From Ignavibacteria bacterium (GTDB taxonomy: Bacteria; Bacteroidota; Ignavibacteria; DATCTW01), in the NCBI GenBank assembly GCA_036567745.1, contig DATCTW010000018.1:194665-258664 (forward strand): a stretch of 64,000 bases of DNA, read 5' to 3'. A program made the translations under genes and the position numbers. The notes under the pieces were generated by a model. The model worked only from the letters and a program-made list of their open reading frames with translations, was not told the origin of the DNA and did no database searches. This document shows positions 30,944 to 40,893 of this stretch, piece after piece (the first letter of the stretch is position 1; each line of letters opens with the position of its first letter).

Positions 30944-32434
30944 TTATTCCTCCTTTAAATATTTTGTTATGTCATTTGGCGGGGTAGATTTTTGGGTCAA
31001 TAAAGATACTATTACCATTACAATTATTGGTAATATCATGCCAACAAACCCGGAAATATTTATATCAGTTATAAAACCCATCCATTCAGGTAAACTATTT
31101 TTGAACTTTTCCAAAACAAGAAAAAGCATTGGCATTAAAATTCCTGCCAATAGTGCTGAAAATGCACCTTTACTATTAGCTTTTTTCCAGTACAAACCAC
31201 CAGCCACTACTGCAAAAGCACCTGATGCGTACATAGTGCCCGTCAAAACAAGATATTGGTAAGCGGTAGCCGGTATTTCATATAAAAATCCAAAAACCAA
31301 AATAAATATACCAATCAAAAGTGAAAATATTTTAGCTACTTTTATAGATTGCTCCTCAGATAATGGAACTTTCCTTATCGGAGAAATAATATCTCTCGTA
31401 GCAACTGAGCTCCATGATAGCAAGTATGCAGAGTAAGTAGACATTGAAGCAGCCAGCATTCCTGCTAATACAATACCCAATACACCTGAAGGAACAACCG
31501 TACCAATCAATCTAGGCATACCTATAGTAGCTCCAACAGAAGGTCCAAAAAAAGCTAAAGCAGCTAGACCCCATAACATTGGCACCATAGATCTACCTGC
31601 AAGCGTTAACCCAAAAAACAAGAAAACTTTTCTTGCTACTTTTGGGCTTTCAGAACAAAAAGCTTTAGCAGCTATTGGTTGATGTAAACTTCCTGTTGCC
31701 AAATTCGCAATAATAGTCCAACCGATGAAAAACCATCCCATTTTAAGATTTTTTAATGGATTTATTCCTCCCTCACCATAATTCATATTAACAGCATTCG
31801 AGATGTCCAGAAAGCTTACTTTAGTAAGAATAATTATTGTTACAATCAACATACCAATTGATATTATAACAAATTGCATAAAATCAGTTATCACAACAGA
31901 AAGCATTCCACCAAGTATTGTATAAGATACAACAACTATTAACATTATAATCATAATATATATGAGTACATTTTGCCCTAAACCCATAGTTTCAGATAAA
32001 AATATTGCGTCAAATTTCAAGAATATACCCATATTCAAAACACCTGAAAGAAAAAGAACGATTCCTCCAAGAAGTCTTACATTTTTGTTATATTTAATTT
32101 CATAAAATTCTGGTATGGTCATTATTTTGAGCTTTCTCAATCCACTAACAATAAATCCGGTATACCCAATTATTATAAAACCTATCATATTAAGTATACC
32201 CATAAAAAAACTAGAGAAGCCCATTGTAAAACCAAATTCAGCCATATACATAAATGTTACAGTTCCAATTTCTGTAGCGACAAGAGTAGCAATACCTAAA
32301 GCTAATTTAACTTTTCTACCCGCAACAAAATATCCTTCTGAGTTTTCAATATATTTTTTTGCTCTTAACCCAAGATATACTGTTAAACCAAGATAAATAA
32401 TAATGATGAACGTATCAAAAATGGTATAATTCAT
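30944..32434 (-). CDS. Sodium:solute symporter (SSS) family transporter
   Basis: About 13 TM segments. 'EGYFVAGRKVKLALGIATLVATEIGTVTFMY' matches the N-terminal SSS signature (YFLAGR...G). Confidence 0.75.
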   Translation of the reverse strand: MNYTIFDTFIIIIYLGLTVYLGLRAKKYIENSEGYFVAGRKVKLALGIATLVATEIGTVTFMYMAEFGFTMGFSSFFMGILNMIGFIIIGYTGFIVSGLRKLKIMTIPEFYEIKYNKNVRLLGGIVLFLSGVLNMGIFLKFDAIFLSETMGLGQNVLIYIMIIMLIVVVSYTILGGMLSVVITDFMQFVIISIGMLIVTIIILTKVSFLDISNAVNMNYGEGGINPLKNLKMGWFFIGWTIIANLATGSLHQPIAAKAFCSESPKVARKVFLFFGLTLAGRSMVPMLWGLAALAFFGPSVGATIGMPRLIGTVVPSGVLGIVLAGMLAASMSTYSAYLLSWSSVATRDIISPIRKVPLSEEQSIKVAKIFSLLIGIFILVFGFLYEIPATAYQYLVLTGTMYASGAFAVVAGGLYWKKANSKGAFSALLAGILMPMLFLVLEKFKNSLPEWMGFITDINISGFVGMILPIIVMVIVSLLTQKSTPPNDITKYLKEE

Positions 32435-32453
32435 TTTACCTCACAAGAAAGAA

Positions 32454-34223
32454 TTAATTATTATAGACTTCAATTTCTTCAATGTTATATGTAGAAATAG
32501 CTTTTGTACCTTTTTCAAGATCTAATTTGATAAATTTAGCTTTCATCTTATTAAACTTTAACTCTTCTAAATTTCCTTTTCCATTGTTAGTACTATAAAT
32601 CTCTTTCCAATTTACTCCATCATCTGATATTAAAACTTTATAAATTAATGCGTAACCAAAATCCCAATAAATTTTTATTGTATTAAAATCAATTTCATGA
32701 GGAAATTCTAGTTGAAACCATTGTTTATCTTCACCATCAGGTCTAGGTTTTACCCATGATTCAGATCTCCAGCGTGTATATTTAATTCCATCATTTGCAC
32801 ACTTAGGTAAAAAATTAGGTCCAATTATTGAATATGAAGAAGCACTTGCTTTAGCTTTTAAAGCCAAGTTTTCTGCTGGTGGCAAATAATCTTTAGATTC
32901 AAATTCTATAACTTTTATTGAATAAGGTTGAACATCGAAGCTAAAATTATTATTATTAAAATTAAGAATATCAGAAATGATTTCTTTCTTTTCTTTTCCT
33001 AAGTACCAACTTTTACATTTATTTTTTGGAATAAAGTTTTTAAAATTGATTGTAACTTTTTTATTCTCATCTTTACTCTTATTTATAGCAAACAAAGTAA
33101 CAAAATTACCATTGTTATCTTTTGAGGCATAAATAGATAATAAAGAATCTTCTGAAACCACATCAATCATTTTATCTTTTAATCTATCTGACATTAATTT
33201 AATAGCATAATAATTGTAATGTGGAGTATTTGAACTATCAGAAGTAAGAAGCCCATAATCACCACCTCTTGGAGGATATGCATTATGCAATGCCCAATAA
33301 TCAGTTTGTTCTACTCCTAGATTTGCCATAATTCCAATCAAATCAGCAACCCACAAAGCATTGACAATAGATACAGTTATTGAACCGGGTCTACCTGTAA
33401 CAGTATTATAACCTACAGGTATTACCCAGATACTATCAGCCTTTTCTTTGGGGAAAATTGATTTAACAGCTTGCTTCACATCAAGGTATGGCTTAATAAA
33501 GGTTTTTGGCGTAGAAAGAACGAATTTTTCATCTTCATCTTGAGAAGTATTAACAGGGTAAAAAGTAATTGTAATTAAATCAACATAATCTTTAGCAGTT
33601 TTCAGAGATCTAACAGTCCACCCATTTGGATCGTTTTCCATTTTTACATTTATAGCTACTTTAATTGTTGGGTCAACAGCTTTCATAGCTTTTACAAATT
33701 CAATATATTTTTTTGCATATTCCTCTGGAGTAGTATGCCCTTTAGCCCAATCACCCCACTGTTCATCACCAACTTCCCAGAATTTAATTTTATAATTGTT
33801 TATAACATTACAATATCTCACCCATTCTGCTGCTAAAGAAGGTGGCTGATTAAAATTGATAGTGATAAAACCTTCTGCATCAAGTGCTTTGCAAAAAGCG
33901 GCGAACTCATCAGTATTCATTTCAGAATCATTATTATTTGGATCATTCCAGATATAAGCATCAGCATCATTGCCACCCGGGTATTTCAACAATTTAAATC
34001 CACAATCTCTAACTTTTTTAATTGCATCTCTATCACAGGTAAGCAACATATCTTTTGTGGGTGAAGGGAAAATAGATTCATCCCACCTTGCAACATTGAG
34101 CCCAAAGAATAGAGGATGAATTTTGCTTATTTCCTTTTTCACATCTAGAGTAACCAATACATTCTGTGGGAAACAATTAAATGATACAATTAATAAAACA
34201 AACAAAATCTTTATTAATTTCAT
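32454..34223 (-). CDS. Secreted glycoside hydrolase (TIM-barrel, clan GH-A-like) with a C-terminal F5/8 type C (discoidin) carbohydrate-binding domain
   Basis: Signal peptide. 'LLKYPGGNDADAYIW' and 'KFWEVGDEQWGDW' resemble GH-A catalytic-strand motifs. The C-terminal 'ASASSYS...ANDGIKYTRWRSE...WFQLEF' is discoidin-like. The exact GH family is uncertain. Confidence 0.55.
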   Translation of the reverse strand: MKLIKILFVLLIVSFNCFPQNVLVTLDVKKEISKIHPLFFGLNVARWDESIFPSPTKDMLLTCDRDAIKKVRDCGFKLLKYPGGNDADAYIWNDPNNNDSEMNTDEFAAFCKALDAEGFITINFNQPPSLAAEWVRYCNVINNYKIKFWEVGDEQWGDWAKGHTTPEEYAKKYIEFVKAMKAVDPTIKVAINVKMENDPNGWTVRSLKTAKDYVDLITITFYPVNTSQDEDEKFVLSTPKTFIKPYLDVKQAVKSIFPKEKADSIWVIPVGYNTVTGRPGSITVSIVNALWVADLIGIMANLGVEQTDYWALHNAYPPRGGDYGLLTSDSSNTPHYNYYAIKLMSDRLKDKMIDVVSEDSLLSIYASKDNNGNFVTLFAINKSKDENKKVTINFKNFIPKNKCKSWYLGKEKKEIISDILNFNNNNFSFDVQPYSIKVIEFESKDYLPPAENLALKAKASASSYSIIGPNFLPKCANDGIKYTRWRSESWVKPRPDGEDKQWFQLEFPHEIDFNTIKIYWDFGYALIYKVLISDDGVNWKEIYSTNNGKGNLEELKFNKMKAKFIKLDLEKGTKAISTYNIEEIEVYNN

Positions 34224-34242
34224 ATTTTACCTTTAATATTAT

Positions 34243-35175
34243 TCATTCAAGAATTTTTTTTAAAATTTCATGTCGTCTTATAACTCTTAAACCCATTTTA
34301 TGATAAAAATCTTTAGCATGACCGGTTGTCCATGCTAACCATAAGTTTCTTTCTCCCATTTCCTTCATATGGATAGCAGTATGATGATATAAACAAGTTC
34401 CAATACCTATTCCACTAAAATCAGGTGAAATCGCTAGAGGTCCAAAATGTTCACCATTAAACTGACTGAACCCAATAACCTTCTCATCTTTAACTGCAAT
34501 AAAAAAATTATCACAATTAGGATGATTTTTTAAAGTTTCAACAACATATCTAAATAAATCTCCGGGATAATCCTTTCTTAAAAACTCAAGTAAACTAATT
34601 GTAAATTTAGATTCAAAATTTAAAATTTTAATATTCTGTTTCTCTAAATTTTTACATCTTTGCTTAATTTCTTCTGATGGCTGAAAATCAAGAAGAGATC
34701 TTCCCATTCCATAGGCTTTTTTATTCTTTTTGTAACCACTCTTAATAAATAAATTGAAAGCATCATTATAGCTATCAATATCTATTCCGGGAATTATATA
34801 ATTTGGGGTATAAGGAGAAACCAATATTTCTTTTACACCTTTATCTTTTAAAAAAAGCTCGGATTTTTCTAAAAGAGATTGCCCCAATCCTTTTCCACGA
34901 TAATCTGGATGAACAAAAAGAACAGTAATCCATCCAACACCTTCTTCTAAACCTATTCCGTAATAAGGATATCTTCTTCTTATTGCCAAACAGAAACCAA
35001 CGATTTTTTTATTGTATTCAACAATTGTTGCACCTTCAGGATCAAAATTCTCATCCAACAATATTTTTAACCTGAAATTATTTAAGTTTATTGGATCTCT
35101 TATCATACATTGATTCCATAAAGGTACAATCTGATACTCATCTCCCCCAATATAACTTCTAAATACCCGGTTCAT
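34243..35175 (-). CDS. Tandem-GNAT N-acetyltransferase (paralogue of the gene at 29135..30079)
   Basis: Two GNAT motif A copies ('RGKGLGQSLL', 'SGIGIGTCLYHH'). Overall collinearity with the other tandem-GNAT protein. Confidence 0.7.
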   Translation of the reverse strand: MNRVFRSYIGGDEYQIVPLWNQCMIRDPINLNNFRLKILLDENFDPEGATIVEYNKKIVGFCLAIRRRYPYYGIGLEEGVGWITVLFVHPDYRGKGLGQSLLEKSELFLKDKGVKEILVSPYTPNYIIPGIDIDSYNDAFNLFIKSGYKKNKKAYGMGRSLLDFQPSEEIKQRCKNLEKQNIKILNFESKFTISLLEFLRKDYPGDLFRYVVETLKNHPNCDNFFIAVKDEKVIGFSQFNGEHFGPLAISPDFSGIGIGTCLYHHTAIHMKEMGERNLWLAWTTGHAKDFYHKMGLRVIRRHEILKKILE

Positions 35176-35185
35176 TTTAGTATTC

Positions 35186-36301
35186 CTAAATTTTTATAAA
35201 AATTCTTTTCTTGTAAAGGATATACATTATAAAAAACCATATTGCTAAATATGATAAGGCATATAATAAAGAACTATTATAATCACTCAAGTAGCCTTTG
35301 AAAAAATTTGTATAAATAAATGTTTTGAGACTAATAATTTTTACTTCATCCCCTATTAATGTTGTAACTTTAATCAATCCAAGTAATTTAGCTGTAAGGC
35401 TGGAAAGAAAAAATACAGCTATTGCATTTGAACCAAATACAATAAAAGGAAATGCCCATTTTTTGTAACCTTTTATATCAACAAGATAGTAAATAACAGA
35501 TAAGAAGTTTAATGCTAAACCTGTAGTATAAATAACATAAGAGCTTGACCATAATAGTTTATTAAATGGGAACCAGATATCCAGAATAACACCCAATACC
35601 ATTAACAATGAACCGTAAACAAATAATGTACTAATCTTTTCATAATCGATTTTATTTGTTCTTAAATAAAAACCTGTTAAACATCCAAATAAAACTGATG
35701 GTATTGATGATATAAGACTTAGTATTCCCTCACCATGATTATGCCATCCAGAAGTTAAAACCTTATCAACATAAACCCATAAATTGCCTTCTGGAGTTAA
35801 GTTACCCGAACCATAACCTGGTACTGGTATTGTAAACATTAATATCCAATATAGTATCAAGCAAAATATAGAAATATATAATTGCCAATTTTTATTGAAA
35901 TAAATGAATATTATTCCTGATAATAAATATACAACACCTATCCTTTGCAAGACATCTAAAATTAATTTGTTGTAAAAATTAAAATCTGGCAATCCAGTTA
36001 AAAACATACCTACAAGGAATAACATAAAAGATCTATAAATCACATGTTTTAAAAGTTGAGCTTTGGTGCTTCCTTGAGAAATTCGCTTAGCAAAAGAATA
36101 AGGCATTGCCACGCCAATAATAAATAAAAAAAATGGAAATATTAAATCAGTAGGAGTAAGGCCATGCCATTCAGCATGTTTTAACGCTGGATACACAGCA
36201 CCCCAATTACCAGGATTATTCACCAAAATCATTCCAGCAATGGTTAACCCTCTGAATACATCCAGGGATACTAATCTAGTTTTCTTATTTTCTGGTTCCA
36301 T
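35186..36301 (-). CDS. DUF5009/DUF1624 membrane protein (heparan-alpha-glucosaminide N-acetyltransferase-like transmembrane acetyltransferase)
   Basis: The N-terminus 'RLVSLDVFRGLTIAGMILVNNPGNW' is the family hallmark. About 11 TM segments. Confidence 0.65.
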   Translation of the reverse strand: MEPENKKTRLVSLDVFRGLTIAGMILVNNPGNWGAVYPALKHAEWHGLTPTDLIFPFFLFIIGVAMPYSFAKRISQGSTKAQLLKHVIYRSFMLFLVGMFLTGLPDFNFYNKLILDVLQRIGVVYLLSGIIFIYFNKNWQLYISIFCLILYWILMFTIPVPGYGSGNLTPEGNLWVYVDKVLTSGWHNHGEGILSLISSIPSVLFGCLTGFYLRTNKIDYEKISTLFVYGSLLMVLGVILDIWFPFNKLLWSSSYVIYTTGLALNFLSVIYYLVDIKGYKKWAFPFIVFGSNAIAVFFLSSLTAKLLGLIKVTTLIGDEVKIISLKTFIYTNFFKGYLSDYNSSLLYALSYLAIWFFIMYILYKKRIFIKI

Positions 36302-36415
36302 TATTATTGATATATACCATTAATTTAATAAAATATTTATTAAGTTCAATTTTTTTCGAGAATTTCCGAAAAACATTTTTTAGACAAAAGATTTATTTTT
36401 TTGGTTTATAAGGGA

Positions 36416-36453
36416 GTAACCGATTAACTACATAAAGTAAATTAATCGGTTAC
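36416..36453. promoter_or_regulatory. 12-bp perfect inverted repeat GTAACCGATTAA-N14-TTAATCGGTTAC in the region upstream of the DUF5009/amino-sugar operon
   Basis: It is seen directly in the sequence. There is no T-run on either side in terminator geometry, so it looks more like an operator. Confidence 0.3.
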
Positions 36454-36468
36454 TGAATCCCCCCAGAA

Positions 36469-37680
36469 CTATTTAATTAACATCATCTTTTTGGAAATAG
36501 TAATATTATCAGATTTTAAAGAATAGAAATAAATACCACTTGAAACATTTACTCCATTCTCATCTTTTCCATTCCAGATAACCTTATGATTACCAGATTC
36601 TAGAGTTGTATTTAATAAGGTTTTAATCTTTTGACCTAGAGAATTATAAATCTCAATTTTTACATTTGATATTTTTGGCAAATCAAAAGAAATTGTTGTT
36701 GTTGGGTTGAAAGGGTTAGGATAGTTCTGAAGCAAATTAAACTTTTGCGGAATAGTTGAATAATTTTCATTTACACCTGTTACTTTTGATTTAATCCATC
36801 TTTGAACTAAACCACCATCATAACAGGTAACATAAACTGTATCACCAGTTAGGCTAAAAGCAACACCTCTTGGACTATAAATAACACTATCACCAAATCC
36901 TAATAAAGAATCCTTTTTACCTGTTGCTAAATTATAAATAAATAACTTATCAAAACCTCTACCACTCTGATATTCACTAATCCACAAGTTACCATTTTTA
37001 TCTAAATTTAAGCCGGGTGTATCACCTTCAAAATTATAAGGAAGACTATCTTTTAAAGTATAAGTTTTTAAATCATCACTATGGTAATGTTGAACAACAT
37101 GATGCCATAATGAACCAATATATACATCTTTTCCGTCTGGTGTAACTTCTACTGCTCTTGACCATACGCCTGTTTCTTTTTCTACAACACCAATTGAATC
37201 AAAGTTAGAATTTAAAATCCATAACGTTGCTGGACCAACCACTTTTGTTACATAAATTCTACCATTCTTATCTGCGGCAGGTTTAGTCAAAGAACCACCT
37301 AAGTTTTTATATTTCATACCTGAGCCATCTTTTGCATTAATTTTTATCAATTGACTACCAATACATACAAGAATATTACCATCACTATCAGTTGTCATAC
37401 CCCTGCAACCTTTAGCAACATTATACTTCTGACCACCAATACTTACTTCCCAAATAGGAGAAAAAGGCATCTTTTCTTTGTTTGGTTTGAATACTTTTAT
37501 TCCGACACTATCTCCATTGCTACCAATCCAAATATTCCCTGAAAAATCTGTTGTTATACCATGTGGTGAACCAATTGAATCAAAAACAGAATTAAAAGTA
37601 TAGGATTCCTTCTGAGCAAAAACGAAATTTGAAAAAAAAGCTAAAAGGATAATACTGATTGTAAAAATTTTGGTTTTCAT
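36469..37680 (-). CDS. Secreted NHL/SMP-30-like beta-propeller protein with a T9SS C-terminal sorting domain
   Basis: Signal peptide. Repeats 'SGNIWIG', 'DGNILV', 'NGRIYV', 'DGKDVYI', 'NGNLWIS' are present. The CTD reads 'LLQNYPNPFNPTTTISFDL...IYFYSLKSDN'. Confidence 0.7.
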   Translation of the reverse strand: MKTKIFTISIILLAFFSNFVFAQKESYTFNSVFDSIGSPHGITTDFSGNIWIGSNGDSVGIKVFKPNKEKMPFSPIWEVSIGGQKYNVAKGCRGMTTDSDGNILVCIGSQLIKINAKDGSGMKYKNLGGSLTKPAADKNGRIYVTKVVGPATLWILNSNFDSIGVVEKETGVWSRAVEVTPDGKDVYIGSLWHHVVQHYHSDDLKTYTLKDSLPYNFEGDTPGLNLDKNGNLWISEYQSGRGFDKLFIYNLATGKKDSLLGFGDSVIYSPRGVAFSLTGDTVYVTCYDGGLVQRWIKSKVTGVNENYSTIPQKFNLLQNYPNPFNPTTTISFDLPKISNVKIEIYNSLGQKIKTLLNTTLESGNHKVIWNGKDENGVNVSSGIYFYSLKSDNITISKKMMLIK

Positions 37681-37720
37681 TTTAAATTCTCCTTTAATTT
37701 TATTATGATTTAATTGTTAA

Positions 37721-38734
37721 CTAATAGCGAACTCCTATACTAAAAAAATGTACTGCACCAAAAATACCAAAATTCTCATAAGCATAGTCTACTTTTAAAT
37801 TTGTGTCAAATAAATTCTGATTAACACCAATTCCTGCCGTAAAACCTCTTTCATCTAAATTACTCATATATCCCGTTCTAACAGTAAATAAGTCCATAAA
37901 CTTATATTCCAAACCATACTTTATTTTTTCTTTAAAATCGCGAGGGTGTCTTGATTCAATAATGAATTTGAAAGAATGATCTTTTAGGTCAGGAATAAGA
38001 AAGGATATAGGATCAACTGTTAAGCCAAAACTTACAGCAAAAGGCATGGGGAATTTTTGATCTTCATATTTCAACTCTCTTGATACATTTTGCAAAGATG
38101 CACCAAACATAATACCATGGTAATTAAAATCATATAAAGCCCCAATATCTACAGCAAAATCACCAAGAGAATAATTTTTAGTTAACAACTGTAAAGAAGG
38201 ATCATTAAGAGATGTGCCAGAACCTACCCATACATCACCAAGATCCTGATAAACATATTTAACGTTTACACCATAAGAAAAATTACTACTAACCTTTTGA
38301 GAAAAAGCAAGACCGAGTGCTAATGCTTTTGGGGAAAATGTACCAGTCTCAATATAACCTGATTCATTATCGGCTCTTCTGGTACCATAAAAATCACCAT
38401 AATCCATCATTATCCCATTTATTGAAATAACACCAAAACCCCAAGCATCAAAAGCGAGGGAAGTCGAGAAGTAATTTATGTCGGCAATTCCTTTGGTATA
38501 ATTAAAGTTAACATCAACATTTGAATTCATCCAGCTAATACCTGCAGGATTCCAGAAAACGGCATTTGAATTTTGCATTGTAGCAACACCAGTAGCGCCT
38601 CTTCCAACTGCCTCAGCTGAAATTGGATTTTCTAAAAAACGAAAACCAGCTTGTGCTCTCTTTACTATCTGAGCATAAGAATAATTTGAAATAATAATTA
38701 AAAACAATAATAAAACATTTATTTCTTTTTTCAT
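37721..38734 (-). CDS. PorV/PorQ-family T9SS-associated outer-membrane beta-barrel protein
   Basis: Signal peptide, then 'AQAGFRFLENPISAEAVGRGATGVATMQNSNAVFWNPAGISWM', which resembles the PorV/PorQ/FadL-like N-terminal block. There are alternating beta-strand patterns, a C-terminal aromatic (…IGVRY) and an adjacent T9SS cargo gene. Confidence 0.5.
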   Translation of the reverse strand: MKKEINVLLLFLIIISNYSYAQIVKRAQAGFRFLENPISAEAVGRGATGVATMQNSNAVFWNPAGISWMNSNVDVNFNYTKGIADINYFSTSLAFDAWGFGVISINGIMMDYGDFYGTRRADNESGYIETGTFSPKALALGLAFSQKVSSNFSYGVNVKYVYQDLGDVWVGSGTSLNDPSLQLLTKNYSLGDFAVDIGALYDFNYHGIMFGASLQNVSRELKYEDQKFPMPFAVSFGLTVDPISFLIPDLKDHSFKFIIESRHPRDFKEKIKYGLEYKFMDLFTVRTGYMSNLDERGFTAGIGVNQNLFDTNLKVDYAYENFGIFGAVHFFSIGVRY

Positions 38735-38771
38735 GGTTACTCCATTAGAAATTATTTTTATAAAACCATTT

Positions 38772-40880
38772 TTAGCGAATGATTACAAACTTAACAAACT
38801 GATCAGCAATTTTTTCGCCATTTAATCCTTCTGCATCAGTTACAGCTAAGATATAAATGCCACTTGCTACATATTGATTGTCTTGTGTTCTCTGATCCCA
38901 CGCTTCATCCGCTTTACCAAAATGCTCTATGCTAGTAACAAAATCTCCTGTTTCAGTATAAATTTTAAGCTTACATTTTACAGGTAGATTTACAAATAGA
39001 ATTTTATCTGGTGTACCAGGGAATCCAAGAGGACCAGCTGCTACAGTAGCAGGATTAGGAACAACTCTTACCTTATCAGAGGTATTTAATCCAGGCTTAA
39101 ATGATGCAACAGGCATTTGAGTTCTATTTACATACCTTGAGCTTTCTAATTTTCTACCAGGGAATAAACCATTATTCTGAGTGCCATCATCAACTGCAGT
39201 AACAGCATAATAATAATTAACTCCTCTTATAACAGCGGTATCAATATAAGTTGTTTGTTCTCTATTTCTTGTTTCAAAAACTAATTCCCATTGTTCACCG
39301 CTATATTTATCTAAAGGATCATTCACATAAAATGCCCCTTTTTTTCTATATACTCGCCATGCGTACCAATCGTCAACACCTGTTACAGCATCTTTGAAAT
39401 AGCTTTTATCTGGATAAGACCATTTAACATAAATCCTATCTGGTCCGCTTTGAACGTTAATATCTGGTGGTGGTGGTGGTGAAGGTATCTTTTTCCCTTG
39501 CCTAATCATATTGTAAGCCCATAGAGCTCGATCCATTCTTTCTAAAAGAGAATCTTTCCCTGTCATAATAATATCATTTTTTTCTTTGTCAGTTATTCTA
39601 CCTTCAAACCATGCTTTTCCAACGCTATCAGCCAATTTCCATGAAATAGAACCAGCACCAATACCATAAACAAAAGTAATAGAATCGTATCGATTGTTTT
39701 TCTCATCTTTAGTTAATTTATAAGGTCCAACTGTAACAAATCTCATAGGTCCCTTTTCAGGTCTACCAGATACAACCCAACCTTGAGTAACGGGATCGAG
39801 TGGAAATCTTCCTCTTGAATCATTACCAATATAAGTATCACGTAAGCCAAAATCCCTTCTGCCCCATAAATCTTTTACAATACCTGCATGAGGTAAAGAA
39901 TATGGTTGATTAACATCATCTGTTAGATCCTGCGGTGATTTTGGAGCATAGAGCAAAGCATAACCCGGTATTTGAGTTGAAAAAAGATGACCTACAGTTT
40001 TATCAGGGTCTCCTTGATTATCCTGTGAGTTATTTTTATACTTTGGGAAACCCGGCATCCCTTTATTAAAGTAATCATAATAATAACATACTTTCAGATC
40101 TTTACGCAAACCTGAAGTATTATATTTTGATGTCCCTCCAATCCAACTATCTAAGTCGTCTTCACATTCATAACCATAATAGCCATAAACTTCTCTATTA
40201 CCTGCAAGAGATGGACCCATACTCATAGAAAATGGCCACCAGAATTCAATTGTTTGATCTGGGTACCTTTTTTGAGGATTTTCTCTCGGCAATTTAATTT
40301 CTCCGGTAAACTTTAAAGTTATTTCCCATATAGCAATATCAGATAATTCTGGATTACTAAAAGCATATACTCGAACACGGCTTCTTAATCCATAGATAGG
40401 TAAAAGATCTTCAAACTCCAGAATTTCATCTGCAATCAATTTTTCATTTACCTGCCATTTATATGGTGGGTTTAGCTTGTAGCCATCAACAGTAACATCA
40501 GGTGGCCTGTATCTTCTTTGTTCCCATGTATAATCAGTTGTAGCCTGGTTTGTGATATGAAAAAATTTTGTTCTCCTTATACCGCTTGTATCAACAATAC
40601 CAGAATCTGTTAAACAAAGTGGACTGAAAATCTGATAAAGCATATTTGATAGATAATGATCTTGAGGCCAAAAGAAGTCAAAATCATTTTGTGCAGTAGT
40701 TGTTGCAAAATTCCAGCTATATTGATTAGTAAGTCCACCTTCTCCTTTTGTTTTATTAAAATTCCATCTAATAGCATTAACATTTAATTGCATTGGTGTT
40801 GCGTTATAATCAGGTTGGGATAGTAATTGACCTGATAAAAATAACACAATAAATGCAAAAAGATACTTATTGAATTTCAT
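38772..40880 (-). CDS. Secreted protein of unknown function with an FN3-like domain and a divergent T9SS C-terminal domain; cargo encoded next to the GH18 chitinase
   Basis: The start was moved to the ATG at 40880 (GGAG RBS; signal peptide MKFNKYLFAFIVLFLSGQLLSQP), which removes the overlap with the chitinase gene. 'PPPPPDINVQSGPDRIYVKWSYPD...YYYAVTAVDDG' is FN3-like. The C-terminus 'KLKIYTETGDFVTSI...WDQRTQDNQYVASGIYILAV...KFVIIR' matches the T9SS CTD pattern. Confidence 0.6.
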   Translation of the reverse strand: MKFNKYLFAFIVLFLSGQLLSQPDYNATPMQLNVNAIRWNFNKTKGEGGLTNQYSWNFATTTAQNDFDFFWPQDHYLSNMLYQIFSPLCLTDSGIVDTSGIRRTKFFHITNQATTDYTWEQRRYRPPDVTVDGYKLNPPYKWQVNEKLIADEILEFEDLLPIYGLRSRVRVYAFSNPELSDIAIWEITLKFTGEIKLPRENPQKRYPDQTIEFWWPFSMSMGPSLAGNREVYGYYGYECEDDLDSWIGGTSKYNTSGLRKDLKVCYYYDYFNKGMPGFPKYKNNSQDNQGDPDKTVGHLFSTQIPGYALLYAPKSPQDLTDDVNQPYSLPHAGIVKDLWGRRDFGLRDTYIGNDSRGRFPLDPVTQGWVVSGRPEKGPMRFVTVGPYKLTKDEKNNRYDSITFVYGIGAGSISWKLADSVGKAWFEGRITDKEKNDIIMTGKDSLLERMDRALWAYNMIRQGKKIPSPPPPPDINVQSGPDRIYVKWSYPDKSYFKDAVTGVDDWYAWRVYRKKGAFYVNDPLDKYSGEQWELVFETRNREQTTYIDTAVIRGVNYYYAVTAVDDGTQNNGLFPGRKLESSRYVNRTQMPVASFKPGLNTSDKVRVVPNPATVAAGPLGFPGTPDKILFVNLPVKCKLKIYTETGDFVTSIEHFGKADEAWDQRTQDNQYVASGIYILAVTDAEGLNGEKIADQFVKFVIIR

Positions 40881-40893
40881 ATAATTCTCCTCG

